64,000 nucleotides of DNA from Octopus sinensis (GCF_006345805.1 NC_043005.1:55242001-55306000); one strand, 5' to 3'; numbered from the stretch's first letter, positions 40,587-54,418 are shown. Notes: a model not told the origin generated them from the sequence alone. Made by a program: numbers and translations.

Positions 40587-40746
40587 CTGGTATGGAATTG
40601 TTGAAGTGTTATCATGACATACATTGTGTTGTTGGCAAAGTCCATCCCTCTCCAAGTGTGAAAACAACTGATTTCATCCAGTGGAATTGAATCTGAAATC
40701 ACTTGATTCTGAAGTGAATTCCATATCCACACATCCGTGTCTGAGC
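40587..40746 (-). pseudogene. open 160-nt exon of the VPS13B-like locus
   Basis: ttactatag| acceptor and CCAG|gtaagt donor; frame open: SDTDVWIWNSLQNQVISDSIPLDEISCFHTWRGMDFANNTMYVMITLQQFHT. Confidence 0.6.
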
Positions 40747-41567
40747 CTATAGTAAATATATTTGTTGTATGAATGAAGACATCACACACCTCTTACTTGA
40801 ACGGTCTCCTTCATACTTTGACAATCAAAACAGAAGCTAGTTTTGTCCCTCCTACAAGGCCTAATCAACAGGAAGGTCATGGCTGGAATATATTCGATTA
40901 TAGACGTGCTAAATTAGGAGGAATCTTAAGCTGGTTAAACAACAAGCTTGTATTTTATGATGACATGGCACTCTGTCTGTTACGAGGACAAGGGTTCCAG
41001 TTGAGCCAATGGAACAGCCTCCTTATGAAACTAATGCACAAATGGCTGAGTACTTCACAGACATGTGTAGCTTTAAAATAACTCTCAGAGAGATTCAGTG
41101 AGACACAGATGTGACAAGATTAGCTCTTTGAAATACAGATACTACTCATTTTTGCCTGCTGAGTGGACTGGAGCAATATAAAATTAAGTGTCTTGCTCAA
41201 GGATACAATGGTCTGCTGGGAATTGAAATCATGACATTGTGATTGAAAGTCATGTACCTTAACCACTATGCTACAAGCCTCCACTTATGTTGATATAAGT
41301 GATATAATATACAGATCAGATCGTTGTCAAGTGACTGCTTTTTCTGTTTAATTATTCTCTTTATGTGTTCATGTGGATCAAGTGTACAAGTTTGGTGGTG
41401 TTGGTAGGCCCTTAATGCCTCATGGAGTCATAGTGGTGGTGGTGGTGGTGATTGGGGCTGTCATAACATAATGTATCTTTGGTATTTTAAACCTGGCAAA
41501 TCCCATCTCTTTCGAGATCTGAACACAGTCAATTGCTTCTGGAGAGGACGATGATGGTGATAATAAT

Positions 41568-41941
41568 AATCCTTTCTACTGGAGGCACAAGGCCTGAAAT
41601 TTTGGGGGAGGGGGACTAGTCGACTACACCAATCCCAGTGTTTCACTGGTACTTAATTTATTGATCTCAAAAGCATGAAAGGCAAGGTCAATCTAGGCAG
41701 AATTTGAACTCAGAACGTAAAGATGGATGACATGCCACAAAGCATTTTTGCCCAGCGTGCTAACGATTCTGCCAGTTTACCACCTTAATGGTGATAATAA
41801 TAATAATAATAATGATAATGATGATGATGATAATAATAAACACCATTTAGCTGGCATGTGTTAGACTGAAACTGGTAAGGTAGAGAGTTGCACTAGGTTT
41901 CAATCTGATATGGCATAATGATGATGATGATGATGATGATG

Positions 41942-41988
<47 letters not shown>

Positions 41989-42880
41989 CCTTTCTACTAT
42001 AGGCACAAGTCCTGAAAGTATTTTGGGGAAAGGGCAAGTTGATTACATTGACCCCAGTATTCAACTGGTACTTAATTTATCGACCCCAAAAAGATGAAAG
42101 GCAAAGTCAACCTTGGCAATATTGGCAAAGTCAATTCAGAATGTAAAGCTGGAAGAAATACTGTTTAGCAATTTGTTTAACACTCTAATAATTCTGCTAG
42201 CTCACTGCCTAACCCTAGTGATCAACTGGTATTTATATTACCACACACTTACACCTGCACCTACATATAAATAACAAAAAAATAGCTTCAACTAGTCATC
42301 TAGTTACTCTAGAACAAAAGCTACACTCCTAACCAGCTATGACTGCAATAGGATTTAATCATTAGCACGCTGGCAGAATCGTTTGCACGCCGGGCAAAAT
42401 GCATAGCCATATTTCGTCTGCCGTTACGTTCTGAGTTCAAATTCCGCCGAGGTCGACTTTGCCTTTCATCCTTTCGGGGTCGATTAAATAAAGTACCAGT
42501 TACGCACTGGGGTCGATGCAATCGACTTAATCCATTTGTCTGTCCTTGTTTGTCCCCTCTGTGTTTAGCCCCTTGTGGGTAGTAAAGAAATAGGTATTTA
42601 TATTATTGATCTTAAAAGAATGTAAGGCAAAGATGAACTCGGTAGAATCTGAATTCAGAATGTTAAGAACTAAAAGAGATGCTACTTAGCATTTTGTCCA
42701 ATGTGGTAAGGATTCTACCAGTTCACTTCCTTGGTAATAATAACAGAGCAACAATAACTGGACTGGTACTTTAATTGACTTCAAAAGGATGAAAGGCAAA
42801 GTTGACCTCTGCAAGATTTGAACTCTGATAACAGAAAGCTAGAACGAATATTTGCAAGGCATTCTACCCCATGCTCTAAT
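41568..42880 (-). mobile_element. cluster of family B SINEs, mostly - strand, with (AAT)n/(GAT)n tails
   Basis: Repeated family B motifs at ~41568, 41987, 42600 and 42755. Confidence 0.8.
42241..42592 (+). mobile_element. young family B SINE fused at its 5' end to a 118-bp copy of 40191-40307
   Basis: 13-bp TSD GGTATTTATATTA at 42228-42240 and 42593-42605. Confidence 0.85.
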
Positions 42881-43239
42881 GTTTCTTATGTGCATTTGTA
42901 GACAAATGAATACTGAAGATATAGCACTGAACTTTGTTATTAATTATCAACAACAATAATAAAAAAAAAACAACAAATAAATAATAAATAACACTACATC
43001 AATTTATTACAGTTGTGTCTAGTCTAAACCAAACATTAGATTTACTATATTTGGCAATATTTCAAAGTGGAAAATCAATTATTTTTGTTGCTATTTGCAA
43101 TTTTCAACTAAATTATTATTAAATTGTCTTATGATATATAAATCATTAAAGAGTTAACATATTCAATTAGAAAATTTCATAAATATATAAAACAACTAAT
43201 AGTATACATTAACTGTTTCTGGTCCATAATTGGAATTAC

Positions 43240-43270
43240 AAACAATCCAACAATTCAGTTGGAATGTCTC
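43240..43270 (-). pseudogene. short exon-like segment (donor position uncertain)
   Basis: Strong polypyrimidine acceptor tttcctttttttcccag|; reads ETFQLNCWIV; phases compatible with the 52992 and 40746 exon ends. Confidence 0.35.
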
Positions 43271-43564
43271 CTGGGAAAAAAAGGAAAGGAGAAAAAGACA
43301 AGCATCAGAAATCGTTGCTCAGTGACATAAACATTTACGAGCAAACAACAGAGAACTACTTAATGTGGCTGTTTGAACCACTAGTAATTACAAGTAAAGG
43401 ACGCTCAATTCGCACACAATTAATTTGAAAATGAATGACATGCTGAATAATGTCCAAATCTCTTTTATCTTTTAGCTTTTACTAGTTTCAATCACTGGGC
43501 GGCAACCATGCTGGGGCAATACCTTAAAAGAGTTTTTTTTTTATTTTAGTTGAATGAATCTTTA

Positions 43565-43719
43565 GTGGCTGTGTAGTAAGTAGCCTGCTTACCAACCACA
43601 TTGTTCTGGGTTCAGTCCCACTGCATGGCACCTTGGGCAAGTGTCTTCTACTATAGCCTCGGGCCGACCAAAGTCTTGCGAGTGGATTTGGTAGGCGGAA
43701 ACTGAAAGAAGCCTGTCGC

Positions 43720-43754
<35 letters not shown>

Positions 43755-43890
43755 TGCATCTGTGTTTGTCCCCTCCAACATCGCTTGACAACCGATGCTG
43801 GTGTGTTTTACATCCATGTAACTTAGCGGTTCGGCAAAAGAGACCGATAGAATAAGTACTAAGCTTACTAAGAATAAGTTCTGGGGTCGA
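43565..43890 (+). mobile_element. family A SINE
   Basis: Homologous to 29054-29422. Confidence 0.88.
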
Positions 43891-46741
43891 TTTAGAGACA
43901 ATCATTATTGACAAAGGGATAAACAACTTAAACATTTATATAATAATGATTTCTTAAAAATGGCATGAGGCCACAAGTTTGATGGGAATCAGTAGTTGAC
44001 AAAATCATTTCTCGTACTTGACTTGTACTTTATTTTGTTGATCCCAGAAAGATGAAAAGTAAAATTGACTTCAGTGAGATTTGAACTCAAGAAGTTTGCT
44101 TTGTAACCTTGCAGTTTGGGGTTCAGTTTTGGAACTTTGGAACTTTGGACAAGTATCTTCAACTATAGTATCAAGCTGACCAAAGCCTTGTGAGTGTATT
44201 TGGTAGCCAGAAACAGGGAGAAAAAAGCCTGTTGGATATATATATATATAAAACTATACATGTTTATGAGTGTGTGTGTGTGCATGTGTGTTTGTGTTTG
44301 TTACCTAACCCATTACAACCAGTATTGGTTTGTTTATGTCTCTTTAATTTAGTGGTTTAGCAAAAGAGAATAAGTGTCAAATTTGAAATAGCCACTAGGA
44401 CAATTTGTGCAAGTAACCATACGAAGCAGTGCTCCAGCAAAGCCACAGTACAATGATTGAAGCAAGTGAAGGAATAAAGAGCTATCACTAAAATAATGGA
44501 GGTCATATGTCAGATGCCCTTGTGATTCTGCCAATCTAGGGTTCTTACAAAAAAGTTTCAAATGTCTCGAAGATCATGCTACTGGAGTACATTTGGATTT
44601 TCAATACCTTTAGCCCTTTAGCATTCAGATTACTTTGTCAAAAGTAATATTTATTTATTCATATTTTTCAAAATTAATCAAGTATTATCTTGTACTTTCA
44701 AGATTTTGAGGATGTGACTTTTTACATTGTAAGGTAAAAGTTACTTTCTCAAATCATACCGACTCATAAGGGGGCAGTTACCCAGTTTCTTGGTATAAAT
44801 ATTCCCTTCTTGGATGGAATACTGGTCCGTTGCTAGATTACTCATTTTTGCCAGCTGACCGGACTGCCAGAATGTGAAAGGATGTGTTTTGCTCAAGGTC
44901 CAAGAATCAAACCACAATCTTAAAATCATGAGTCCAGCACCCTAACCACTAAACCACATGCCTCCACATATTGAATGATGAGCATAAGCGGATGAATTTG
45001 GCCAGCTACAGCATAAAACAGGTAGAATATTTGGGCTAGATATGACCATTTTAAATGCTAAAGGTTTAAGAAAGTTTCCAAACTAAAAAGGTATCAATTC
45101 CCTGAGGTTGCTTCTTGTTCTCACTTTTGTGGTCAATAAAATAAATACCAAGGTACTTGTAGGTGGTTGGTTAATTAGTTAATTAAATTGATCACTACAT
45201 CTTTCTCTTCAAAAAATATGGCTTTCTGTCTGTATCAGAAAATATAGACATTGGTTTTAAATTTTGGCATAAGGTCAGCAAATTTGAAGTGGGGTAAGTT
45301 GGTTACATTAGCCCCAGTGCTCAACTGGGACATAGTTTATTGACCTCTAAGTGATGAAAGGCAAAGTCGACTCAATAGAATTTGAACTCAGAATGTAAGG
45401 ACCAATGAAATGCCGCTAAGCCTTTTGCCTGGTTTCTGCTAATTTACTGCCTTAGAAAATATCAATATTATTAAGGTGACAATCTGTCAAAATCATTAGC
45501 ATTGGGAAAAATGCTTAATAGCTCTGGCTCTTCTATGAACCAAGTCCAAATCCTACAAAAGTCAACATTATCTTTAATCATTTGGCGTTCTGAAAACGGG
45601 AGCCAAATCTCTCTCAAGTCATGACATAATGTCTAAAAAATCAGGATACACTGGTTAGTGGTAGCCTCTGATCTACAAAAAGAGCAAAATGGTCATGATT
45701 AGAACACTCACGACCATAGATCTGGGACTAAACAACTGCACTCAATCTTGTAGTCACCCAACCTACTAGAAGTAGCAGTCATATCTGCCACAAATCACAT
45801 TGTCTTATGAAAAGGAAGGATATACTGAGCAATATAGTTTCTGATCTCAAAAGAATGGGACAGTTATAGCTGGAACACCTATGATCATGGCTAAACATAT
45901 GGTTAAACAACAACAATAATCCAAGCTTACTTGGAACCTGTACTTGCTCTTTCACAAACCGCAACCAAATCTCACTAAAATCCTCCTATAATCTTAAAAT
46001 CTAAGTAATGTGTTTCTTGGTATGTGTAGTTCTTTCCCTTTAAATAAGCCTAAAATGTTTGCTGACAGAGATGAGATTTTTTTCATCAGTCAGTTTTAAC
46101 TCCAGAAGTGGATAACCTCTGCTGACCAACTGAATCTACTTTCCCCTTAAACTATTAATAAAGCATCTTGATAAAATATAGACACCTTGTTTTTATGTTT
46201 TGTTTTTTTGTTGTTTTTTTTTCTAAAAGAAATCAGTAAACTGTTTTAAATAATAAATATATGATAAATAAATCAACAAAATAAATAAATAAGCAACATT
46301 TTTTAAAGTGTATCTTTGAAGTCAAAGCTTGCTCCATCTGCGCAAATACTTTACATATTTGATAATTTGGACATGGAGACAATATGTCTAGGAAGGAAAA
46401 ATAAAGCAAGATGAGTACAGCTGGAACATCTTTGATCAGTGTTGATTTGCAGCTAAATAACTACAACAATTTATTTATATTTTACATCTAGTTAACATGA
46501 CATACATATGCAAGAGATGAGCTTATGACTTTATAGACTTCTGAAACCAACTATATGTGATTAATAACAAGGCACATCTAATTCCCTAAGGTTGCTTAGC
46601 ATTTTATACAGTGGTTAGTTTAGTTCTGAAGGTGAGTAGACGCACTTACACTCTTGTAATGGAGATTGAATGAGAGAACGTGTTCTTAATTGCTGGAATA
46701 AATACATCACCAGACTGCAGAGTATAGGATACATGCTTGTT

Positions 46742-47070
46742 GAGTTAATATAATACCAGATTAGTGAGGATAGGTTCACAGCTGGATGAGTTAATATAGT
46801 AACAGTCTATTGAGTGTTGTCACAGCTAATTGAGTTAATGTATTAATAAACTACTGGGTGTGGACACAGTTAACCAAGTTAATATAGTAGAAAACTAGTG
46901 GGTGTGGTCATAGCTAACTGAGTTAATATATTAACAAACTAGTGGGTGTGGCTGCTGATTTCTGAGTTAATATATTACAAAACTTGTGGGTGTTGTCACA
47001 GTTGAGTTAATATCTTGCCAGACTACTGGATGTAGTTACAGCCAGCTTAGTTGATGTTGTATCATGCTAG
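46742..47070 (+). repeat. 44-bp minisatellite, ~7-8 diverged units (GAGTTAATATA..ACTAGTGGGTGTGGTCACAGCT)
   Basis: GAGTTAAT recurs at 40-46 bp spacing. Confidence 0.85.
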
Positions 47071-47519
47071 TAATGGTGGCAAATTAGCAGAATCACTAGA
47101 TAGTCATATAGAATGTGTTGTGGTACTTGTTCCAGTTCACTGCAATGTGAAGTCAAATCCTTCCAAGGTCAACTTTTCCTTTTATCATTTTAGGATTGAT
47201 AAATAATGAAGCAGCCCTTGGTAGTGAATCATTAGATGATGAGATACCATGTAGTTTGTGTTCTGGTGATAATTTTTGCTGACAGTGTTGTGATGCAAAG
47301 TGGTGGGAAAAAAATCATTTATTCAACTCTTATTTTTTTCCCTTGGACAACATTAATGGTGTGAAGGGAAGAAAGTTGTGCATATGATCTACTGTTGAGC
47401 TTCTCCTCCGCCCCCAAAAGGCAAAAAAGCAAAACTTTCAAGAAGTTCCAGGGTCACATGAGACATATCTATGGAAAGCTCCAGATGCTGATAGGGGATT
47501 GTGTAAGAGCTGAATTTTA

Positions 47520-47710
47520 TTTCTTTATTGCCCATAGGGGGCTAAACATAGAGCGGACAAACAAGGACAGACAAAGGGATTAAGTCGATTACATCGACCC
47601 AGTGCGTAACTGGTACTTATTTAATCGACCCCAAAAGGATGAAAGACAACGTCAACCTCAGCGGAATTTGAACTCAGAACATAACAGCAGATGAAATACC
47701 GCTAAGCATT
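47520..47710 (-). mobile_element. young family B SINE, 5'-truncated
   Basis: Homologous to 52297-52517. Confidence 0.85.
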
Positions 47711-47739
47711 CTTGATGTGAATTCGTGTGTTGAAACAGA

Positions 47740-47926
47740 TATTGTTGTATTTGGGGATCGTCATGTTGCCAATTTAGCCAGTGAAAACACACGCACTATG
47801 TATTTGATGTTCATTTGCTTCAGCTTTATTTCATATTAATATGAAATAAAGCTGAAGCAAATGAACGCCAACTATACAGTACATGTGTTTTCATTGGCAA
47901 CATGACCATCCCCAAATACAACAATA
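47740..47926. repeat. fold-back element with a perfect 58-bp central palindrome
   Basis: 47809-47866 is a perfect palindrome with no spacer; the outer arms are imperfect. Confidence 0.9.
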
Positions 47927-49641
47927 ATTGGTATTATTAAACTTTATATACCACATGTTTCCACAAGTTGATTGTCATTATTATGTAAACCAGCTGGTAC
48001 TATAATGCAAAACAGTTGACTCACTTCCTCAGCATTATCAGCAAAAATGTACAGTGCAAAGTTAGACGCACCATGCCCTAATATACTTCAGTCATGCAAA
48101 TTATGAGCCAGTTCATTGGTATAGCAAGAATAGGAGGTGATACAATGTGAGATAGTAGGATGGCTTTAAGAGAGGAAGGATAAATGACTATATCCACTCT
48201 TGTACACATTCAGGATGACCAACATGTTCACATCCACACACATATATACAGAGTAGAGAGCAAAAACGAGAATAAGAAGGCCCAAGATGATGTAGCATAA
48301 ATTATAGCAACAATGATGATAATAATCCTCTCTACTATAGGCACAAGGCCTGGAATTTGGGGGAGGGGGCTAGTTTATTGCACCAAACCCAATGCTTTAT
48401 CGACTCCCAAAAGGACAAAAAGCAAAGTCAACTGCAGTAGAATTTGAAATCAGAAAGTAAATATAGGTGAAATACCACTAAACATTTTGCATGGCATGCT
48501 AATGATTCTGACAGCTTTCCAAATTAACTACAATAATTATTATTATTTGTACTATTTAAGCGAGGTCGATGCCAGTGCCACTTCACTGGTCCCATACTGG
48601 TGGCACGTAATAAACACATTTCAAGCGTAGTCGATGCCAGTATCGTCTGACTGGCCCTTGTGCTAGTGGCACATAAAAACACCCACTACACTCTCAGAGT
48701 GGTTGGCATTAGGAAGGGCATCCAGCTGTAGAAACCTAGCCAGATCAGACTGGAGCCTGGTACAGCCTTCTGGCTTGCCAGTCCTCAGTCAAACCATCCA
48801 ACCCATGATATGTGCATCTCTGATCACGAGCAGAAGTAGTGGTGGAGCATCATAGCCATGTGTTGAAAGGAATTCCTTTGGGTTTGGATAATTCACCTTT
48901 GGAAACATGGGTGTTTCATTCAAAATTCTTAAACAACCCTTATTCAGGGAGCTTTTGAGCGGGATGGGCTATTCGACCCGACGAAAATTCTAACTGGGCC
49001 TCCACCTGCAAGGCCATGCACTGTTTATCTTGATATGAGATCACTATGTTGCACACATATAGTTGTGATGCATGTCTCTGGTGTAACTTTATCAGATGGG
49101 TAGTCATGATGGGTATACTGGGCTTTTACCCCAGTGTCACTTAGATGGCATGCACTGCTCTCTCACTCAATAATAACAAGAACAGTCAGTGGTATATATC
49201 ATAATGCAAACCTGATTTTCTTAACCATATAAACTTAACACAAAACACAACACCTTTTTCATTGTAAATAGAAGAACCAAGAAACATTAATGGACTACCA
49301 TGTTGTTAGCTTATATTATTAAACTCAAGATGGAAGATAAACTGGCTAAGTTGTTAGTATGCTGGACAAAATGCCACCAAGTATTATGTGCATCATTGTA
49401 CTTTCTGAATTTAAATTCTGCTGAGGTTGACTTTACCTTTTATCCTTCTGGGTTTGTTGAAGGAAGTACTAGTTGAGCATTAGGGTTAACATAATAGACC
49501 AACTGCTTCTTCCCACCAAAATTTCAAGCCTTGTACCTAAAGCAGAAAAGATTATTAAGCTCAAGATGGAAAGCTGATAAAATTGTTAGAACACTATGAA
49601 AGTAAGCTTCACTATATTTTTTCTGAATCTTTATGTTCAGA

Positions 49642-49793
49642 TTATTTAAATTATTTACATCATTTACATTCAACAGATATTTGTCCTTATCCTGTTTGTT
49701 GTTAACACGTTTCAGCTGATATACCTTCCAGCCTTCTTCAGGTGTCTTGGGGAAATTTCGAACCTGAGTTCTCATTCCTAAGGTATTTTTCAA

Positions 49794-49839
<46 letters not shown>

Positions 49840-49938
49840 GTTCAGGTCACTGTTCAGAATCGAACTTGGAATCTTGGGGTTAGTAGCCTGCACTCTCAAC
49901 CACTATGCCTGTGGGCATATCTTTTAAATATAGAACTG
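49642..49938 (-). mobile_element. single-arm copy of the tRNA-head/hammerhead element
   Basis: Perfect 13-bp TSD CTTTATGTTCAGA at 49629-49641 and 49939-49951; CTGAAGA-AGGCTG..CAGCT-GAAACGTGTT at 49704-49741; same terminal CAGTTCTATATTTAA as 32977. Confidence 0.85.
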
Positions 49939-52296
49939 CTTTATGTTCAGAGCTCAAATTCTGCCAAGGTTAACTTTGCCTTTTGTTACAATGTAAGATG
50001 GATAATATTGTACTTAGAATATAACAAACAAACTAAAATTTTGCAGCAATTCAAAACTGAAGTGCAAAGTGGTGACTTGTAACTTTAATTTTCCCCACAA
50101 TGCAGAAATGAACTGTCTGTACTACAGTGTGTTAAGGCAAAAAGAGTTCATCTGCAACAATGAGCTAGTGTAACTTCATGTCACCTGGTAATAGTTCATA
50201 GTGTTTTTTTTTTATTTTTGAATGAATCGACATAAGCTTAAATTATCCTTTTATTGTGGGCATGAAAAAGTCACATGATCGAATTATGTCCATAGGTTGG
50301 ATGACAATAAACAATGTTTTTATGTTGAGGCAACTGGGGTTGTTTCACCTTTCATCCTCTTGGAGCCAATAAAATAAATAGCACCAGTCAAGTACCAAGG
50401 CTGATGTGATTGACTTGACCCCACTCTATCTCAAAACTGTTGTCCTTATGCTAAAATTAGTAAGAATTATTAAGTGGTAGTGTGTCTGACAAAATGCCTT
50501 ATGGTATTTAGTTTCACTCTGAGTTCAAATTCTGCTGGGGTCATCTTTATACATCATTCTTCTGGGGTTGATAAAATGAAGAACAAGTTGTGGTTTTTCT
50601 CAAGGCCAACACAAATTGAGCAAATTTACGATCAAAAGCATTCTAGCCAAGACCATCCAGTATTTGTTAAACATAGTTTAGGACTTTCATTTACTAAGAA
50701 TGTAGGGTACAATTTACTGGAACTAATATCTATATAGAAGCTTCCTCATTGGTTCAGACATAACTAGAAGTTATGTCTGAGCAGTAATAATATTGGTTTC
50801 AACAAAGGCCAGCAAGTTTGGGAGAAGAAGTAAGTCAATTACATTGACACCAGTGCGTAACTGGTATTTATTTTATTGACTCTGAAAGGATGAAAGACAA
50901 AGTTGACCTCTATGGAATTTGAACTTAAAATGTAAGCATTTTGCCCTGCATATTAATGATTCTGTTGTCTTACCACTCTTCTTAACAGTAATAATCCTTT
51001 CTACAATAAGCACAAAGCCTGGAATTAGGGAGAGGTGGTTAGTGAACTGCATCAACCCCGGTACTCAACTGGTACTTATCTTATTGACTCCAAAGGGTTG
51101 AAAGGTAAAGCTGACCTCAGCGGAATTTGAACTCAGAACATAAAGACAGACAAAATACTGCTAAGCATTTCGCCTGATGTGCTAACAAATCTACCAGCTC
51201 ACTGCCTTTAATAATAATAATAATATTAACTATGTTACTCCCTATAATATCTAACTTTGCACCATAGAAAATACTAAGTTACCATTCCAGTGTTTATATC
51301 TCTGAATTATTACTTGTTAGCAGTCTTTAGTAGTGGGGAGGCACCCTTCAAACCATTAGGTTAGTGGACAATTGAATAGGTCTGAAATCTGAAGGTTAGC
51401 AATTTAAATCTACCTAAGATCCCATTTATCATTTTATCCTGTGTGGTGGATCAGCAACATCTCCACAAAGCTTTCTCCTTTTCCTGCAGGGGTAGTGAAA
51501 TATCTCCTCTACAGCAAGACACCTGTTCCATAATTTCTTCTTTAGACTTTCTATACCTGACACAAAGATATGTCTCTCATTACTGTACCCCTACTCTTTG
51601 ACGGGACATTGTCTTATAATTTCCTTGGTAATCCCATTAGTGTTGGTGCCATGTATGTCATGTAAAGAGGTTGGCATTAGGAAGAACATACAGCCGTAGA
51701 AATCTTGCTGAGGTAGACATCGGAGACCAACGCAGCCTTCAGGCTTGTCACATCCTATTAAACCATCCAACTCTTGCCAGGATGGAACAGAGGTGTTAAA
51801 TGATGATAGTGATGATGATGATGATTAAAATATTTGATAAACATTTTGCGGTATTTGTCGTTTATCTTTCAGGATTGACAATATAAGGTACCAATAAAAT
51901 ACTTAATTAACTGTTTCCTCATGTCTATGAAAGAAGTTAATGTTTTATCCTGTATACTAATTAAAAATTTAAATCCATTTATTAAAGGATTAATTAGATC
52001 CATTTATTATCTCATCATACATTCTAAGCAAGGTAAGAATATTACCTTATTTAGAAACAAGAGAAGGTTAGCAATGGGAAGGACATCTGGTTGTTGAAAA
52101 CCTGCTTCAAATTCTGTTTGAAACATGCAACGATGGAAACGTGGACATAAAGCAATGATGTCAATGACGATGTACTCTTGTGAAAAAGTAGGGACAGGTT
52201 TCAAATTCTGTGTGCCAGGCTTGCTTCTTTTTGAAGCTGTGAAAAAAATGTCTGCTTATACTATTTAAGAAACTACAACTTGTAACTATTATATCT

Positions 52297-52517
52297 ATTT
52301 CTTTACTACCCACAAGGGGCTAAACACAGAGGGGACAAACAAGGACAGACAAACGGATTAAGTCGATTACATCGACCCCAGTACGTAATTGGTACTTAAT
52401 TTATCGACCCTGAAAGGATGAAAGGCAAAGTCGACCTCTGCAGAATTTGAACTCAGAACGCAGCAGCGGATGAAATACCGCAAAGCATTTCGCCCAGGAT
52501 GCTAACGTTTCTGCCAG
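52297..52517 (-). mobile_element. young family B SINE
   Basis: Close reverse complement of 42359-42592. Confidence 0.9.
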
Positions 52518-52991
52518 TAACTATTATATCATCACACACACACACATACACACACACACACACACATGCGCACACACATGCACACACACATGCACACTCA
52601 ATAAGGAAGCCTTTAGAGGATCACTCGACTTGCCATACTAAAAATAACAGCCAAATTAACCTAGACTAAATTTATCCCGCCTTCTTTGAAAATGAGACAA
52701 CACATTAAATAATGCCAGTCAAAAATATACAGAGTCCAGAGACAGAGACAGGATTCTAAAGACTGAAATTCCTTTGATCACAAATCTGCCCCATCAATCC
52801 CGACCTGGGGCTAAACATCAACACTTGCTTACATACAAATGCTAAAACACATTCACATACAAATCTTAACACAAAACACAACACATTCACACAGACACAA
52901 ATACAAACACACAAACACATATTAATAGTCAAATACACACACACACACACAAACACTTTCACAGACATACACTCGCATACATAGACGTTAC

Positions 52992-53427
52992 TGAAAATTC
53001 TATCCAGCCGCCACTTTCATTCAAAACCACATAGTGTGGAAATATGTGGAAATGTGTGTTTACACAGTTTTTCCCTGGGAACTGAAGAACACTTCTAACA
53101 GTTAATGAGATGATTTCTTTCTCTAAATGAAATAACTTGAAGTTTACCAATTGTATGGTGCTTTTATTGCAATTCACGGACAGTGAATAGCATTTTGCCA
53201 CTCCAGACTGATTGGTTCATATGTCTGGCTATAATTTAAACTGCTTTCTCACACAAACTTGCCGATAAGTAGCTGGCCTCCCCTTTTGTTAACTTTTCTT
53301 TGGCTACATCATAATCTAGAATTCATTGAAAATAACCCAAGATAGCTGCTGCCATTGTGTGCAGACACAATTGTCTATCACCTCAAATAGATTACATCTT
53401 AATAAATTGCTTTTGTTATTAAACAAT
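52992..53427 (-). pseudogene. large disabled exon, VPS13 VAB-repeat-like
   Basis: WVIFNE/LDYDV..LTKGEASYL..*..VWSGK/..HIFPHYVVLNESGGWIEFS|gtaacg, with two compensating frameshifts and one stop; recalled VPS13B has ELLPWALLINESKWDL. Confidence 0.55.
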
Positions 53428-53569
53428 CTATAAATGCATTTACACTTACACTTACTCTTCTTACTATATACTAAAGATTTTCTGAACAAATACAGCCATT
53501 GTGAAACTATTGCATTTCTTGATTGACTGACAAAATTATTATTATTCCCCACACCGATGCAGATGTTTT

Positions 53570-53590
53570 GTATGTACATATATGTATGTA

Positions 53591-53641
<51 letters not shown>

Positions 53642-53669
53642 TATATATATTATATACATAAATACATAC

Positions 53670-53731
<62 letters not shown>

Positions 53732-53744
53732 TATATATATATAC

Positions 53745-53789
<45 letters not shown>

Positions 53790-53808
53790 CATATATACAT
53801 ATAAATAT

Positions 53809-53862
<54 letters not shown>

Positions 53863-53889
53863 ACATATATGTATATATCTGTGTGTGTG

Positions 53890-53925
<36 letters not shown>

Positions 53926-53969
53926 CTTATAAATATATGAATAATTATGTACACATATCTATCTATCTT

Positions 53970-54005
<36 letters not shown>
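53570..54005. repeat. long compound (TA)n microsatellite
   Basis: Directly visible. Confidence 0.95.
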
Positions 54006-54010
<5 letters not shown>

Positions 54011-54418
54011 CAGTTAGAGGTTGTGTTAGCCTCATGAAGGGATGGTGTCATCCAAGGAAATACAGATTCAATGCCTAATATTTTGGGAGAAATTGATTTC
54101 CTTAAAATAATAGGTATGTATATAAACTGGTTTATATTAATATATTGTTCATTTATATATCTATATACATGTATATTTCTATTTTTCAATGTATTTCCCT
54201 CATAATCTCTCACTCTCTCTCTATGCATGTATGTGTGTATGTGTATGCACACATACACACATGCATGCACACACACACATAAACACACACACATACACAC
54301 ACAGCACTATATCAATCTCTGTAGACATCCACTAAAGATCTGTTTGAAAGCAACTTAGTTTTAAAACAAAAATCATAAATAAAACGAATAGCCACACACA
54401 CACTCACATGCTATAATG

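Noticed and set aside
46742-47070. CRISPR-like periodicity
   Set aside because: The 'spacers' are homologous to each other, the context is eukaryotic and there are no cas genes; it is a minisatellite.
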